DNA of 64,000 bases from an uncultured delta proteobacterium (GTDB lineage: Bacteria; Myxococcota_A; Polyangia; Palsa-1104): positions 96,001-160,000 of the forward strand of contig CAWAWS010000014.1 in the NCBI GenBank assembly GCA_963785725.1, in the 5' to 3' direction. Both the position numbers and the translations under genes were made by a program. Positions 61,590 to 64,000 of this stretch are shown here, in pieces; position 1 is the first letter of the stretch; the number at the start of each line of letters is the position of its first letter. The notes under the pieces were generated by a model, which had not been told where the DNA came from, searched no databases, and worked only from the letters and a program-made list of their open reading frames with translations.

Positions 61590-64000
61590 ATGAGGCGTTC
61601 TTCTGTCGGGCTGGCGACGTGGCTTGCACTTGCCGGAGTGGCGAGCGCGGGCGAGAACGTCGTCAGCAAAGTGACTGCGCACGCCGAAGGCGGCAAGACG
61701 GTGATCGTCGTGCACGGCTCGGCGACGCCGAGCTTCACGGCTTATCGGCTGGAGAAGCCGGCGCGCATCGTGGTCGACGTGGCCGACGGCAAGTGGAGCA
61801 CGGCGGAGCTGGGCCAAGGGCCGGTCGACGTCGACACGTGGGCCGTCAATCAGATGGCGGCGGCGCAATATTCCGACGAGGCGAGCCGCACGGCGCGGCT
61901 GATGATCGGCTTCAAGCGGCCGGCGACGTACGACGTCAAGGCGACCGGTCACGACCTGGTGATCACGGTGACGCCCGACGAGCCGATGCCGGCGGCGTTG
62001 GCGCAAGTGGCGCCGCAAGCGGCCGCACCGACGGCGGCCGACCTGGCCAAGCTCGACGAAGCGCGCAAGAAGCGCGTCGAGGCCGAGGCGCAGGTGGCGG
62101 CGACCGAGCAGCGGCGGCTGAAGGCCGTCGAGGCCGAGCATGACGCGCAGTCGCGCGCCGGTGACGCCGATCGCGAGGCGGCGGCGGCCAAGCTGCGCGC
62201 GCAAGCAGCCAAGGACGAGCTCGAGCACGTCATCGCGGCGCGTAAAGTGGAAGAGCAGCGGCTGGCGGAAGCGCAGAAGCGGACGTCGACGGCGACGGCG
62301 CAGAGCGAGACGGCGCGGGCCGAAGCGCAGGCGGCGCAGAGCGATCGCGCGCGGACGGCGGGCGATCTGCAGGCCGAGCAGGCGCGTCTGGTGAAGCTGC
62401 GCGCCGAAGCGATGGCGCTGTCGCGTGAGCGTGAGCTGGAGGCGAAGAAGCTGGCCGAGACGCAAGCGGCGGCGCGCAAGGCGATCGTCGAGCGGCAGCA
62501 GCACTTGGCCGACGCGGAGTCGGCGGCGCGGGCGCGGCAGGCGGAGTCGGAAGCGGCGCGCGTGGCCGAAGAGCGGCGGGCCGATGCGCGCGCCGAAGAG
62601 GCGGCGCGACTGGCCCAAGCAGCGACGGCGGCCGAGCGGGCGCGCACGAGCGAGACGGCGTCGCGTGAGGCCGACAAGCGCGCGAACGATGCGTTGACGC
62701 GGGCGCACGACGCCGAGAACGCGGCGCGCTCGGAGGCGTTGCGGCTGCAGGCGATCAAGCGTGACGCGGCGGCGCAGGCGGCGGAGGCGGCGGCGGCGCA
62801 GGCGAAGCTGCAGGCGGCGCGGGTCGAGCTGGCGAAGCTGACGGCGGCGCAGGAGACGGAGCGGGCGCGCGTCGACGAGGCGCGGCGGGACGCGGCGCGG
62901 GTCGCGGCCGAGCGCGCGCAGGCGGCGGAGCGGGCGGAGCACGCGGCGGCGTTGGCGTCGGGCTCGCTCGAGAAGATGCGAGAAGCGGAGCGCGAGGCGC
63001 GCAAGATCGCCGACGAGCGCGGCAAAGAGTCGGCGCGCTTGGACGAGGTGCGGCGTGAATCGGCGGCCTTGGCGGCGCAGCGCACGCAGGAGCTGGCGAA
63101 GCTGGAAGTCGCGCGCGGCGAAGCGGCGCGTGTCGAGACGGCGCGGCGGGCCGAAGAGACGCGGCTGGCGCAGCTCAAAGGCGAAGTGCAGAAGCAGTCG
63201 GACGAGCTCAAGCGGCAGGCGGAGCTGACCCGCGTGGCCGGCGACGAGACGCGGCGGCAGCAAGAGGCGGCGCGTTTGGCCGGCGACGAAGCGCGCAAGC
63301 AGTCGGAAGCGGCGGCGCGCGCCGGCGACGAAGCGCGCAAGCAGTCGGCAGCCGCGGTGCGCGCCGGCGACGAGGCGCGCAAGCAGTCGGAGGCGGCGGC
63401 GCGAGCCAGCGACGAGGCGCGCAAGCAGTCGGAAGCGGCGGCGCGAGCCAGCGACGAGGCGCGCAAGCAGTCCGAGCTGGCGCGCAGCGCCGGCAAAGAG
63501 GCGCAGCAGCAAAAAGACGAGACGCGCAAGCTCAACGAGGCGGCGCGCTTGGCCAGCGACGAGGCGCGCAAGCAGCAAGAGGCCGCGCGCGTCGCCGGCG
63601 ACGAAGCGCAGCGACTCAAGGACGAAGCGCAGCGGCTCAAGGACGAAGCGCGCCGGCAGTCGGACGCGGCCAAGTTGGCGGGCGATCAGGCGGCGCAGGC
63701 GCGCAGCGAGCTGGCGCAGCTGTCGGCGGCGCAGTCGGCCGAGCGCGCGCGGCTCGTGGCGGCGCAGAAGGACGCGGCGCGCGTGGCCAAGCAGCTGGCC
63801 GAGCTCGACGCCGAGCGGCTGGCAGCCGAGAAGCGCGCCAAGGCGCAGGCGGCGGCTTCGGCGGCGTCGTCGGCCGACGAGAAGGCGCGGCTCGAGCGCG
63901 AGCGTAACGATTTTCAACGGCAGCTGACGGCCGAGCGGGCGCAGCTGACGAAGAAGCTGGAGACGGCGCAGGCGGAAGTGGCACGCGTCGCGGCCGAGCA
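61590..64000 (+). CDS. pilQ: Probable PilQ secretin, N-terminal part: signal peptide, AMIN domain, very long coiled coil (runs off window end; absent from ORF track)
   Basis: RBS AAGGAG; MRRSSVGLATWLALAGVASA-GENV...PSFTAYRLEKPARIVVDVA (AMIN); frame open to 64000; position after pilP; secretin domain not seen. Confidence 0.75.
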   Translation, partial: MRRSSVGLATWLALAGVASAGENVVSKVTAHAEGGKTVIVVHGSATPSFTAYRLEKPARIVVDVADGKWSTAELGQGPVDVDTWAVNQMAAAQYSDEASRTARLMIGFKRPATYDVKATGHDLVITVTPDEPMPAALAQVAPQAAAPTAADLAKLDEARKKRVEAEAQVAATEQRRLKAVEAEHDAQSRAGDADREAAAAKLRAQAAKDELEHVIAARKVEEQRLAEAQKRTSTATAQSETARAEAQAAQSDRARTAGDLQAEQARLVKLRAEAMALSRERELEAKKLAETQAAARKAIVERQQHLADAESAARARQAESEAARVAEERRADARAEEAARLAQAATAAERARTSETASREADKRANDALTRAHDAENAARSEALRLQAIKRDAAAQAAEAAAAQAKLQAARVELAKLTAAQETERARVDEARRDAARVAAERAQAAERAEHAAALASGSLEKMREAEREARKIADERGKESARLDEVRRESAALAAQRTQELAKLEVARGEAARVETARRAEETRLAQLKGEVQKQSDELKRQAELTRVAGDETRRQQEAARLAGDEARKQSEAAARAGDEARKQSAAAVRAGDEARKQSEAAARASDEARKQSEAAARASDEARKQSELARSAGKEAQQQKDETRKLNEAARLASDEARKQQEAARVAGDEAQRLKDEAQRLKDEARRQSDAAKLAGDQAAQARSELAQLSAAQSAERARLVAAQKDAARVAKQLAELDAERLAAEKRAKAQAAASAASSADEKARLERERNDFQRQLTAERAQLTKKLETAQAEVARVAAE
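63237..63690 (+). repeat. 42-bp (14-aa) coding tandem repeats in the PilQ-position gene
   Basis: A(G/S)DEARKQSEAAAR-type units, about 8-9 copies of decreasing fidelity. Confidence 0.85.

Noticed and set aside
61515..63917. Long antisense ORFs (800 aa and 574 aa) and many similar Arg/Ala-rich ORFs across the window
   Set aside because: Shadow frames of plus-strand genes with no recognisable motifs

Overview
Very GC-rich bacterial chromosome window, most likely Myxococcota (inferred from gene content: Ser/Thr kinase-PEGA, FHA-GGDEF, many Cys-rich lipoproteins, HTH-pilMNOPQ). It is mostly housekeeping and envelope genes: cysteine synthase (partial), Omp85 protein, PPDK regulator, phospholipase C, GH13, ArnT-like transferase, astA, ssb, glycosyltransferases, rseP, uvrC, ftsK, lolA, PBP1A, glpK, an ECF sigma factor, a sigma-54 regulator and the pilMNOPQ operon. 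I saw no rRNA, tRNA, IS element or CRISPR array. About 11 single-base frameshifts break ssb, a GT2, uvrC, ftsK, a Gly-rich lipoprotein and glpK; these are probably read errors. Best leads: (1) a radical SAM/SPASM enzyme with an RRE-like N-terminus and, 4.7 kb away on the same strand, a 71-aa membrane-anchored peptide with a GYNPNSSS motif, a candidate peptide-modification system; (2) a selenoprotein missed by the ORF track (RHFG-U-MFC, in-frame UGA plus SECIS-like hairpin); (3) a PilQ-position protein whose AMIN domain is followed by more than 650 aa of coiled coil with 14-aa repeats; (4) a TANNNT box 5-7 nt before many start codons, suggesting leaderless mRNAs; (5) a duplicated 64-bp palindromic operator-like array after ftsK, next to a small antitoxin-like ORF; (6) a recurrent D-[LM]-[AGST] motif in lipoprotein linkers.
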